Source of the DNA: a bacterium | GTDB taxonomy: Bacteria; SM23-31 | Length of the DNA stretch: 64,000 nucleotides | Direction of reading: 5' to 3' | Assembly: GCA_965249485.1 (NCBI GenBank) | Contig: OZ252239.1 | Span: 1,568,001 to 1,632,000 of the forward strand | Shown here: piece by piece, positions 9,339 through 18,714 of the stretch | How the letters are laid out: the number at the start of each line of letters is the position of its first letter | How positions within the stretch are numbered: the stretch's first letter is position 1 | Notes under the pieces: generated by a model | Databases searched by the model: none | The model's input: only the letters and a program-made list of their open reading frames with translations | What the model was told of the DNA's origin: nothing | Translations under genes and position numbers: made by a program

Positions 9339-9523
9339 TACCACAAAGTAATACTTAATAATCGACACGTCAAGTAAAATATTTAATTATTTATTTAATT
9401 GTATGAGGATTGTGGGGAGTTTAGTCATTGGTTATCTTCTGTAAGTAAGATTTTTCATTATCTCTGCTGCTTTGAAATAAAACGAATCATTTCTGCATAA
9501 CTCGCAAAAGACATGATTAGATG

Positions 9524-9770
9524 TTACTCAATAACTGGTGACCAATCAAGTGATCGCATAGTAAAAATGTTATTTGTTATCTTGACTTGATCAGTCCCAT
9601 CTGTATTCATAATATAAATTTGAGCGGCTTCCGTCCCGATCGGACATAAACGCAATCTTTGACCCATCCGGTGACCAGATAGGGTAAGCATCGCCTTCTG
9701 GATGGTGAGTTATATTGGCAGGATCAGAACCGTCCATGTACATGATATATATTTCACCATATCCGTACAT
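9524..9770 (-). pseudogene. TolB/PD40-repeat remnant
   Basis: EIYIMYMDGSDPANIT...P.WSPDGSKIAFMSDRDG with a frameshift; resembles 57036-57932. Confidence 0.7.
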
Positions 9771-10579
9771 TATTTTTCTAATATAAATAAGTAGTCCCTA
9801 TTAAGATAAAAGTTGTTAGGATTTATTGATGATTTCTTGATGATTTTTAAATTACTATGCTCCGAAATAATGTCAATTATTTCTGGTGATATAAAATAAT
9901 GCCCTTCAATTGAGTAACTATCTTGGCTTGAAAATTTTTTCCATCCTCCAGGGGCTTTTAAATTACTGGTATGAATAAAAGCTTTACCACCTTTTTGCAA
10001 TATTACACTAATTTCATAAAAATATTTTTTTATGGTGTGTAAATCCAGATGGACAAATACATCGAATGAATATATAAAATCAAACTTGTCCTTCAAACTA
10101 TTAGAAAATTTGGAATCTCTTAACTGAACATAATGTACATTCGGACCTGATCCTAAAACAGAACGTGCCTTTTTTAACATTTCAGAAGAAATGTCAAACG
10201 CGTAAAATTCTTTAACACTATAGACTACTTTTGAAGCAATTCTTGCTCCACCAACCCCAATTTCACCAACAACACTCTCTTTTGTTATATAAGGATAGAT
10301 ATATTCTGAAATAATCCGTTCTAAATCAGTTACTCTCCCCCACTCATCGCCCAAGTAGTTTAAGTAATTTTCCTTTTCCTCGTCTTTTATTGTATCATTT
10401 TCAACATGAACTTTTTTCTTATTCCAACCTTTTGCATAACCATCCCAAAGTTTTTTATTATATTCAAAGTTCAAATAATTAGAAGGCATTGGCTTAAAAA
10501 CATTATTGACCAAGCGATATGGTTTTCTTAAGATTTTTTTTATAGGTTCAGGTAATTTTTTTCTTACTATTTCAAGCAT
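9770..10579 (-). CDS. Class I SAM-dependent methyltransferase
   Basis: EIGVGGAR, AFDISSEML, FDFIYSFDVFVHL and GGKAFI motifs. Confidence 0.85.
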   Translation of the reverse strand: MLEIVRKKLPEPIKKILRKPYRLVNNVFKPMPSNYLNFEYNKKLWDGYAKGWNKKKVHVENDTIKDEEKENYLNYLGDEWGRVTDLERIISEYIYPYITKESVVGEIGVGGARIASKVVYSVKEFYAFDISSEMLKKARSVLGSGPNVHYVQLRDSKFSNSLKDKFDFIYSFDVFVHLDLHTIKKYFYEISVILQKGGKAFIHTSNLKAPGGWKKFSSQDSYSIEGHYFISPEIIDIISEHSNLKIIKKSSINPNNFYLNRDYLFILEK

Positions 10580-10781
10580 CTGGCCAGTTTAAACCGTGTG
10601 CTTATCGGCTTTTTAATTTTAATAAATTTTAGTTGGTAAGTGGAATAAAAACGTAAAATAAGCAAGAGCGAAATCCTCGAATCACTATGAAGTTGTAAAC
10701 TTTTAGATGAAAGTGGTTGTGAAGGATATTCTACAGGAATGAACTTTTGTGCGGGCTTTTTTTTTACTCTTATCTTTCTTT

Positions 10782-10994
10782 TTACTTGTCATTGCAGCCA
10801 TTTTTGAATTGAACTATAGCACTTCTTAAATCATCTCCAATAATTTTCCAATCAGAATGTATAGCTCTTCTATCTGCTTCATGCGAAGAGATTGAATTAT
10901 TATATTGGTTTAAAGCAGAAGAAAAGTCTATTAATCTTGCTACACCAGTTAGAACGCTTGGTTGGGCGAATAAGAAATCTGTAAGGATTCCCAC
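10782..10994 (-). CDS. Small hypothetical protein, paralog of 7078-7302
   Basis: Alignable along its whole length with 7078-7302. Confidence 0.7.
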   Translation of the reverse strand: MGILTDFLFAQPSVLTGVARLIDFSSALNQYNNSISSHEADRRAIHSDWKIIGDDLRSAIVQFKNGCNDK

Positions 10995-11141
10995 GATATG
11001 AGTATCGTCACATATACTATTTGGAGTTTAATTTTTCAAGTCAACCTGATTCCAAGTATCGTTTTGGCTTCGTTACATTGTGGAACAGTACGAGTGTTTG
11101 ACTTAATTTGTTCGGCGTAAATGAGAATCGTTTCTATAAAT

Positions 11142-11170
11142 AAAATACCTAAAAATAATGATTATTGCAA
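11142..11170 (-). promoter_or_regulatory. sigma70-like promoter, module copy 3
   Basis: TTGCAA-N17-TATTTT at the equivalent module position. Confidence 0.4.
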
Positions 11171-11189
11171 TTACAAATTACTTCCTGAC

Positions 11190-11414
11190 TTATGCATTTA
11201 ACACCAATATAACACCTATTGGTTCCAAAACAAGCGAATTTTTGTCAACCTGTAAGTACAGTACTGCTTTATCTCTGGCTCCGAATCGATCATCTTCAGT
11301 CACGCCCCATATATTATTGAACAGCTGAATATAGAGTTTGATCGGTTTTACCCAGCAGTCCGGAGGCTGCGGGAACATGGCTGAAGTGCCTATTATTTTT
11401 GAGAGACCCGGCAT
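11190..11414 (-). pseudogene. 5' half of the 99-aa SNase-partner gene
   Basis: Near-identical to 7632-7931 up to LYLQ, then runs into intergenic module sequence. Confidence 0.7.
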
Positions 11415-11427
11415 GAAATTCCAATAG

Positions 11428-12318
11428 TTATTCAACAAAAATTAGACCGTTATCATCGTATGTTCCGATTATTTCTTCATCGTCATAAATTAATATTCTC
11501 AAGTTATTTATACCAGATACTCTCTCATATTGGATTTGAAAATAGTTAAACATTGATTTTTTGTCAGGCATGCTTGTGTCATAAAAAGAATCATCGATAT
11601 ATATTGATAGCTTTTCATTGTCGAAAACTATTTCCCTTATTCGTTTTCCTTCTTTTAAAGATTCAACAAAATCATTAAATGTACTATCGGCAATAATTTT
11701 GGCCTGTTCTAAATCTTTTTTGGCCTGTTCTAAATCTTTTTCTATATTGGAAGCCATCCATTCCAGGGTAGATTTTAGATTCTCATTAACTTTATTATTT
11801 AATTCATCAATTGAGTTTTTTGCTTGTTCTTCTCCCAAAACTTCAACTATTTTTTGATAATCCCATATGCCAAATTTCAATTCTTGGGCAGTCTTATGTA
11901 CTTCATATAATTCATCGAAGTATTTCACATTAGGAGGATAAAATATTATATGTCCTAATCCAGATAGCACCATTACTTTGTTGATTAGGACTTCTCTACC
12001 TTTTGAGGTTTTTTCCCAGACATAGGCGAGAAGTCTTCCATATCTGTCGCGCTTTTCTACGTCTGTCTCAATTCTTACTTCTCGGCCTCCGAGTATTTTT
12101 CTCAGGTGATCAGACGCTTCTTTCCCATAATATTCAACAGGTTTTGAAGGATGAACAGTTTCAGGTGTATCAACACCGATCAGCCGCACAGTTTCTCCAT
12201 TCTCAATTTCGAATGTATCTCCATCAATAACTCGGGTAACTGTGTGGTATTCCTGAGCGATGGCAAGCGAGATCGAGAGGGAGAAGAGGATTATCGCTAA
12301 TATTGGTTTAATTTTCAT
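11428..12318 (-). CDS. Secreted thermonuclease (SNase) paralog 3
   Basis: Same motifs as paralog 2; carries a 21-nt tandem duplication (KDLEQAK x2, about 11697-11741); directly downstream of cI. Confidence 0.9.
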   Translation of the reverse strand: MKIKPILAIILFSLSISLAIAQEYHTVTRVIDGDTFEIENGETVRLIGVDTPETVHPSKPVEYYGKEASDHLRKILGGREVRIETDVEKRDRYGRLLAYVWEKTSKGREVLINKVMVLSGLGHIIFYPPNVKYFDELYEVHKTAQELKFGIWDYQKIVEVLGEEQAKNSIDELNNKVNENLKSTLEWMASNIEKDLEQAKKDLEQAKIIADSTFNDFVESLKEGKRIREIVFDNEKLSIYIDDSFYDTSMPDKKSMFNYFQIQYERVSGINNLRILIYDDEEIIGTYDDNGLIFVE

Positions 12319-12330
12319 TACATGGATCCT

Positions 12331-13086
12331 TTACATTTTTTTATAAACCCCAACGACTTTGTGAATAAACATGAATTCTTTTATGTTATACTCCCGATTG
12401 TTTAATCCATCCAGATCGACAAAGTCTTTATTATCTGGTTCAAGCATAACTGTTTTCCCAACCTGCCTAAAACGCTTGACACCAGCATTGCCGTCTCTTA
12501 GTCTAAAAACTACTGTTGAGTTATTGTGAAGTTCTGTGGAGGGGGAGACTATAACATAGTCGCCTTCGTTTAGTGAGGTTACCATGGAGTCCCCTGTGAC
12601 TACCAGCGCATAAGCGTTTTCGTCCTTAACATCAGCCATGACATATTCCTCTGCGAAACGTACTGGAAAATCTTGATCTGTAACATCAACAACGTCACCA
12701 GCCGGTATTTTATTAAGGACAGGGACCTTACGAGTGAATGCTGGGCTTAATTCATTTCCCCAATCTTGCCCGGAATCATAAACTGCTGATTGGTCACTAA
12801 TATGTTTAACGGCAGATATTTCAGAATATTCAGTATATATTTTATTTCTCACCTGATCGATACCACTTTGGTAAAGGTCGTCAATCGAGACATTGAGGGC
12901 GGTTGCTATTTTGAATAGCGTTTGGGCATGTACATTTTTTCGAATGTTGCCATGTCTATCTTTTCCGGATTCTATATGTGTTAAATTAGCATAATCAATA
13001 CCTGATTTCTTAGCAAGCTTTTTTAGAGAAATATTTCTCCTTGCTCGAACCATTCTTATGTTCTCACCAATTTTTTTTATATTCAT
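12331..13086 (-). CDS. Phage CI-like repressor (XRE HTH + S24 peptidase)
   Basis: N-terminal HTH; AG cleavage site (IPAG), GDSM Ser and VKRF Lys motifs. Confidence 0.9.
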   Translation of the reverse strand: MNIKKIGENIRMVRARRNISLKKLAKKSGIDYANLTHIESGKDRHGNIRKNVHAQTLFKIATALNVSIDDLYQSGIDQVRNKIYTEYSEISAVKHISDQSAVYDSGQDWGNELSPAFTRKVPVLNKIPAGDVVDVTDQDFPVRFAEEYVMADVKDENAYALVVTGDSMVTSLNEGDYVIVSPSTELHNNSTVVFRLRDGNAGVKRFRQVGKTVMLEPDNKDFVDLDGLNNREYNIKEFMFIHKVVGVYKKM

Positions 13087-13143
13087 AACTCAAATAATCA
13101 TAATAATTTATTAATATAATTAGTAATAATTAGTATTTTTTAC

Positions 13144-13172
13144 TTGACAAATATAGTATATTGTTGTATTAT
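13144..13172 (+). promoter_or_regulatory. Early lytic promoter (PR-like)
   Basis: TTGACA-N17-TATTAT in the AT-rich cI/cro intergenic region. Confidence 0.7.
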
Positions 13173-13237
13173 TAATAATAATAAATGTTGAAGTTAAATT
13201 ATACGACAAATGTTAACTAAAATCAACAGGGAAACTA

Positions 13238-13447
13238 ATGGTAAACAATAAGCTTAAAGCAAAGATAGTCGAAAAGTTCGGTTCTCAGGCTAATTTTGCT
13301 GAGGAATTAGACATTTTTGCAACCATCGTATCTCGTGTTGTTCGAGGCAGAATATTCCTTTCAGATGAAGATCAAATCCGTTGGGCTAATTTGCTTGATT
13401 GTAATCCGGAAGATATTTTTATCTTCAATAATAAAGTATCAGCATAA
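13238..13447 (+). CDS. Cro-like HTH protein
   Basis: 69 aa, GSQANFAEEL HTH, divergent from cI. Confidence 0.8.
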   Translation: MVNNKLKAKIVEKFGSQANFAEELDIFATIVSRVVRGRIFLSDEDQIRWANLLDCNPEDIFIFNNKVSA

Positions 13448-13475
13448 TATACATTTAATAACCAGGAGGTCGTCA

Positions 13476-13680
13476 ATGGCTAGTTCAACAATTATAGCCG
13501 AAGATAGACTGAGAGACTACAATAACTTAAAATCCATTAAGGATACTGTCAGATTTCACAATTCCAAAAGATTTGGAACGTGATATCCTGATTCATTTAA
13601 AGCACAAGTCCGGAGCATTACTGGACTATGCACTGTTGGAAGCAAAGAAAACAGCGAAAGTAGCCGTCAACCTTTTATAA
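13476..13680 (+). pseudogene. Small early gene with a +1 frameshift near 13556
   Basis: GGAGG RBS; MASST...VRF continues as TIPKDLERDILIHL... in the +1 frame. Confidence 0.45.
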
Positions 13681-13812
13681 TATACTTTTTGGCCCTGTCT
13701 ATGTCACTAAAATTAATTGGTGTCATTTGTAAAATAGGTGGATAGTTTGAAAAATATCATCAGTATTTACGAAACATACGAAGTGTCAAGAAAAATTCAA
13801 GAGGAATCATAA

Positions 13813-14229
13813 ATGGATGAATTGAAACAATTTAATGTAGAATTGTTTGGTTATCATGAGATACAAAAGTTGTATTGTGAGTTTGCCAAGTCATTACCAG
13901 ACTATTATAACGGCAACAATAGTGAATTTGCAGAAAAATGCGGAGTAAGGCCTTCTACTTATGATTATTGGATAAAACGGTCATTTCCAGTTGGTGCAAT
14001 TATAGTCCATCCCCATTATGACAAGCTAGTTGAATTTATGTCCATATTGCGAGAGAAATTTATAGCTGGCGAATTCGAACCTCCATCATCAGACATTGAC
14101 ATTGAACAGTCCTGGCTTGAAGCAAAGAAGGCAGCTGAAGAATTTAATGAATTATTATATAGCCATAAAAAAGCAAATACGATTGCACTCATCAAAAAAC
14201 ATCAGTCTAAAATTAAACAAATAGCATGA
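13813..14229 (+). CDS. Hypothetical HTH-like phage protein
   Basis: EFAEKCGVRPSTYDYW resembles an HTH; good RBS. Confidence 0.6.
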   Translation: MDELKQFNVELFGYHEIQKLYCEFAKSLPDYYNGNNSEFAEKCGVRPSTYDYWIKRSFPVGAIIVHPHYDKLVEFMSILREKFIAGEFEPPSSDIDIEQSWLEAKKAAEEFNELLYSHKKANTIALIKKHQSKIKQIA

Positions 14230-14489
14230 TAAGGAATCTATTATGAGCAAATGAAAGCTGTTCTTAAATTATTTTCGGTTAAAAAACCGCTTGCTCCACT
14301 TGCAGTAGATTTAATGATTTCAGTTGTTGCTTCGAGAACGGTCATTGACATGTCAACTCCTTATAATAATGTCGGAATATATGACAATTACTTATAAAAT
14401 CAATAAGGTGAGAAACGGCCCGGTGTCGTTTCCCAAACAACTAATAGTCGGCATACCGGCACCGGGTAAAATTCTAATAGGTATTCAAA

Positions 14490-14684
14490 ATGGATAAACC
14501 AAAAAAAATGTTAAGCAGGAGACAGGCAGCACTTGAACTTGGCGTATCTGATAAAACGTTGGACAAATGGATTGCTAACGGTTTAATCCCTGCTTATAAA
14601 CTCGGTGATAGTCAGCTTAGTCTTGTAAAAATCAAGGCAGAAGATTTATACACATTCCTTGACAAATGCAAAATAACGGCGTAA
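14490..14684 (+). CDS. xis: Excisionase-like HTH_17 protein
   Basis: MLSRRQAALELGVSDKTLDKWIANGLIPAYKLG; overlaps the integrase start. Confidence 0.8.
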   Translation: MDKPKKMLSRRQAALELGVSDKTLDKWIANGLIPAYKLGDSQLSLVKIKAEDLYTFLDKCKITA

Positions 14685-15751
14685 AACATCTTCATAGAGG
14701 ATCAGTATTAGTTCCTCATGGCCGGAACAAGTATCATTACCGCCGAAGAATAGGCGGTAGATACTTTTATCGTTCATTACGGACCGATGATTTTGAACGT
14801 GCCTACAATGATGCTCTTGATTATGAAAAAATGGATGACATTGCGTTTCTGCGATCAACAGAGCCTCGCAACAAATTCAGGACATTCGGTGAGGTTAGCG
14901 AGCAATATCTTGATGAGGGTGTGAAACATCTTGCAGAAGGAAGTCGAAAAGTCAACAGGGAACGATTACAACCGCAATTACCATATTATAGACACAAAGT
15001 ATTAGAATCTATAACTGCCTCTTTTATTGAAACTACAGCAACAAAAATCCAGAATAAACGTGGTTTTTCCGAAGCGACCAGACAGAAATACATATATGTA
15101 ATAAGCGCTGTCCTGTCATTTGCTGTTGACAGAGGGTATATAGAATTCAATCAAGCAAAGAAAGTTAAAATGCGGCCTGTCAAGAAAAACAGGGCAAAGA
15201 TAGCACATACTCGTCAAGAGGTCCTGTTAATGATCGATCAAGCTGAAGGTTACCTCAAACCTATTCTTGCACTTTGCTATTATATGGGACTTCTGATACG
15301 TGATGTATTGTCTCTCATGGTTAAAGATGTGCTGCTTGATTCTGGTGATATAATATTTGATGAACACAAAAAGAATGAGCGTAAACGTGTACCGATCCCT
15401 GAGCAGTTAAAACCAATTCTAAGAGCATACATAACCGAATACACATCTATATCGAAGTGGCTATTCAAAGGGCGTGACGATAAGCCCTTAGCAATACCTT
15501 ACCAGGTGATGAAAGACTTCATGAAAAGCATCGGTATTCGATATAGGGGATTTCATATTTTGCGCGATACATTCATTACACACGCAAGAGAAGATGGGAT
15601 TCCTGACGCGATAATAAAATTCTACACAGGACATTCAACAGCGCAAGTATTTGAGAATTATTCTCATGTAGGACAGGATAGGGAAGTTGTGGAAAACTGG
15701 ATGAAAAAGTTCAATAATAATGCCGAATTAAAGAATATTAAAGAACGCTAA
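14666..15751 (+). CDS. int: Tyrosine integrase (first catalytic Arg appears substituted)
   Basis: HILR, GHS and C-terminal Tyr present; box I reads MGLLIRD. Confidence 0.9.
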   Translation: MQNNGVKHLHRGSVLVPHGRNKYHYRRRIGGRYFYRSLRTDDFERAYNDALDYEKMDDIAFLRSTEPRNKFRTFGEVSEQYLDEGVKHLAEGSRKVNRERLQPQLPYYRHKVLESITASFIETTATKIQNKRGFSEATRQKYIYVISAVLSFAVDRGYIEFNQAKKVKMRPVKKNRAKIAHTRQEVLLMIDQAEGYLKPILALCYYMGLLIRDVLSLMVKDVLLDSGDIIFDEHKKNERKRVPIPEQLKPILRAYITEYTSISKWLFKGRDDKPLAIPYQVMKDFMKSIGIRYRGFHILRDTFITHAREDGIPDAIIKFYTGHSTAQVFENYSHVGQDREVVENWMKKFNNNAELKNIKER

Positions 15752-15842
15752 AACGATGTTAAAAAGTTACACAAAAATTACACAGTCTAAATTTTTAATC
15801 ATTCACAAATTATTGATAATTATAATTGTTATAAATATAACT

Positions 15843-16562
15843 TCACAGACTTTCACCTCCATCAACGTATAATATTTGTCCCGTAATAAAATCATTCTTC
15901 AATAAATATTCCAATGCTGAAAGAATATTGTCGGTATTTCCTTTCCTTTTCATAGGAATCGCACTCGATCTCCGGTCGAGATATGTTTCATTCTCACCAC
16001 TGGGTGCTAAAATAATTCCTGGTGCAATGGCGTTAATTCTGAAATCAGGAGCGAACTCACAGGCAGCCATATATGTCAAATCGGCGAGCGATTTTTTTGA
16101 TAGGGTATAAGCAGCATAAGCATAATCGTTTTTTAATACACGTGAGTCGACAATATTAACGATGTGTCCTCTTTTGTATAATGAAGTAAATTTCTGAATG
16201 AGAAAAAACGGTGTTCTGCTATGTAGCACAAAATTGTTGTCAAACTGTTCTGGGGATGTTTCAGCGATATTTTGTTTTTCAAAGATAGATGCATTATTAA
16301 TTAGCAGTGAAAGATTTGGAAATGAGGTATGAATACGCTTCATAAATCCGCCTATATTACGATCATTGATAAAATCGTATTGGAATAATTCGCAGTTAAC
16401 ACCAAACTTCCGGGCTTTTTCAGCAGATTCAACAGCGGCTTGCTTTGACGTATTATAATGAAGCGCAATATCAAATCCCATCTCCGCAAGGAAAATGACT
16501 ATCTCTTTTCCAATTCTTCGTGCGCCACCAGTGATCAGTGCTTCTTTTTTAGATGTGTTCAT
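15843..16562 (-). CDS. Pteridine reductase-like SDR oxidoreductase
   Basis: TGGARRIG, NNAS, YxxSK and INAIAPG motifs. Confidence 0.85.
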   Translation of the reverse strand: MNTSKKEALITGGARRIGKEIVIFLAEMGFDIALHYNTSKQAAVESAEKARKFGVNCELFQYDFINDRNIGGFMKRIHTSFPNLSLLINNASIFEKQNIAETSPEQFDNNFVLHSRTPFFLIQKFTSLYKRGHIVNIVDSRVLKNDYAYAAYTLSKKSLADLTYMAACEFAPDFRINAIAPGIILAPSGENETYLDRRSSAIPMKRKGNTDNILSALEYLLKNDFITGQILYVDGGESL

Positions 16563-16871
16563 TGTTGCAGGAAAGAATTAATATATTAATTTTTTGTTGA
16601 TATCAAATTCTGGGTTAATGTAATAATTTTATCAGCAATTAAAAAGAATATATACATAGTTGTAAATATGCTATTAATTTCAAAAGGATATCACATTGTA
16701 TATCAGTAATTATTTGCCTTCGTAATGCATGGGGATTTGTATATATATATCAAATAGTTATACACAACAAGAGTCCATATTTGCCATAATAAATTCTAAT
16801 AACTCTTGGAATGTCTCGAAATTGAGTGTATTTTCACCTAATGTAATGCAAAATTAAGGAATAATGAACCG

Positions 16872-17321
16872 ATGGACAATAAAGATAGTTCTCTCAGGTT
16901 AATCGATTCTCCCTGTACCTGGTTCAATATACGGAGGGCATCAAGGGCCGTTACACAGTATTTTGACCGAGCTCTCAGACCATCCGGATTAAAAGTGTCT
17001 CAGGGAAATATTCTCGGACGACTTTCTACACAGGGCAGTGTAACAATAGGAGAGCTTGCAGGTGAGCTTCTTATGGATAGAACTACATTGACCCGCAACG
17101 TTCAGATTCTTGAAAAGCGGGGTTTAGTGTCAATTGAACCGGGAATTGACCGTCGAACCCGTCTCCTCGAAATAACAGGTGCGGGATTTAATGCATTGAA
17201 GGCAGCTTTTCCTCTCTGGCGAGAAGCAAATCAGCAATTGATCAATGAAATTGGTCATACACAATGGCATGACCTTGTATCATGTTTGGCAGTTTTATCC
17301 GATTATACCAGAGTACAATAA
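16872..17321 (+). CDS. MarR-family regulator
   Basis: RRASRAVTQYFD...MDRTTLTRN...DRR winged HTH. Confidence 0.9.
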   Translation: MDNKDSSLRLIDSPCTWFNIRRASRAVTQYFDRALRPSGLKVSQGNILGRLSTQGSVTIGELAGELLMDRTTLTRNVQILEKRGLVSIEPGIDRRTRLLEITGAGFNALKAAFPLWREANQQLINEIGHTQWHDLVSCLAVLSDYTRVQ

Positions 17322-17419
17322 TTTTTACTGTACACTAAATAAGTGCAACAGTTTTGAAAGTAATCACACTTCTGCTCCTCATGTAAATTTATGGAGAAAA
17401 TTTACACCTGATTTAAATA

Positions 17420-18448
17420 TTAGAATGTCACAAACAGCGTTGCTCTTGGAATTATATCAGTATCAGGTGAAACACTTGCACTATTTTCGCTGTATTTTAT
17501 AATTTCAACATTTGGAATGATCTTGACCGTCGGTGCTGCATTATAATCAATTCCGGCAAGAATAAAATGGGACTTCGCTGTCGGATCGAATGGTATATAC
17601 GATATTTTATCACCTTCAGGATTCGGATCAAACATGCGGTCATACCGCGCAAATCCGGTTACCTTCTCATTAAATCTGTGTACGCCAAAAATTGAAAACA
17701 CATCTAATTTCAGGTCATCGGTGTTTGGACCGACTCTTCTGTTCTGGCGGATATAGAGCGCGCCGATGCGAAAGTCATCATTGCCATATCCGGAAAAACC
17801 CATGTAAGTCTCCCGATGTTTTCCATTAGGACGGTCGTCATAATCGACATATGCCTGAAACGTTAAACCCTTAACCGGATGAAAACCAAGAGATGCCGCA
17901 GATTTTTTGCCCTGTCCCACTTCCGAACTGTTTGCATTGCCATTACTGAAAAAGTAGTGGTAACTGACTTTTTGATTCGTATCGACATACCCTCTGAATG
18001 AAATGCCGAACTGCCGTGTGGAAATGAGCTTCTGGAGATCGGGTGGTGTTTTCTCTACTGGTCGATATCCCCATAATGGCTCAAGAAATGTAACAAACGG
18101 TGACGGTGATATACCGAGATAGATATTGTGGTTATTCTTTCTCCATCGCACATAACCGTCTTTAATAAACGGCTCCATCTTCGATTTGGTTGTGAAATCA
18201 CCTGCGTTACCCATTTCCAAACGGGCCCTGAATGAAAAATTTCCACTTAAAGAATTATCGAATGTCAGATAAATCCGACGGATCCAGAATGCATTTTCAC
18301 CTTCAATATCTTCATTGTGATTATTGGCAGCATAATAATAGTCGCCAAACATTAAACCAGAAAACTTTACATCATTTTGTGCGTAAGCAGTTTGGGCCAT
18401 AAAGACCAAGAATACGAATAAGCATAATCGTTTTAATAGAATCTTCAT
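17420..18448 (-). CDS. Outer-membrane porin-like beta-barrel
   Basis: Signal peptide, FWIRRIYLT, alternating strands, terminal Phe. Confidence 0.7.
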   Translation of the reverse strand: MKILLKRLCLFVFLVFMAQTAYAQNDVKFSGLMFGDYYYAANNHNEDIEGENAFWIRRIYLTFDNSLSGNFSFRARLEMGNAGDFTTKSKMEPFIKDGYVRWRKNNHNIYLGISPSPFVTFLEPLWGYRPVEKTPPDLQKLISTRQFGISFRGYVDTNQKVSYHYFFSNGNANSSEVGQGKKSAASLGFHPVKGLTFQAYVDYDDRPNGKHRETYMGFSGYGNDDFRIGALYIRQNRRVGPNTDDLKLDVFSIFGVHRFNEKVTGFARYDRMFDPNPEGDKISYIPFDPTAKSHFILAGIDYNAAPTVKIIPNVEIIKYSENSASVSPDTDIIPRATLFVTF

Positions 18449-18714
18449 TATCTATTCCATTTAATAAAGTTAAACGTTTTCTACAATTACCTTTTATCTA
18501 TAAATACAAAGTAGATAATTACCACAAAAAAACTCGGAAAATTTTAAATCGGATATGATATAATCAAACTAATCCGGATGGTTTACGATCCGAGGATTAA
18601 TATCCCAAATATACATAATAGGTAGGAAATATAAAAATAAAAAAAGAGTCATCAATGCTCATGATTCTTTTTTTATTTTGTTTTACAAAAATTTAATGTG
18701 ATACGTGTACTGTT

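Larger units (their letters stand above)
1..15800. mobile_element. Right arm of a temperate prophage (left end outside window; right boundary approximate)
   Basis: Tail-fibre-like gene, DUF5675, cI/cro divergent pair, xis and tyrosine integrase in phage order; housekeeping genes resume at 15843. Confidence 0.9.

Noticed and set aside
2426..12318. Integron cassette array
   Set aside because: I could not identify attC-type sites or an IntI; the repeats are homologous gene and promoter blocks
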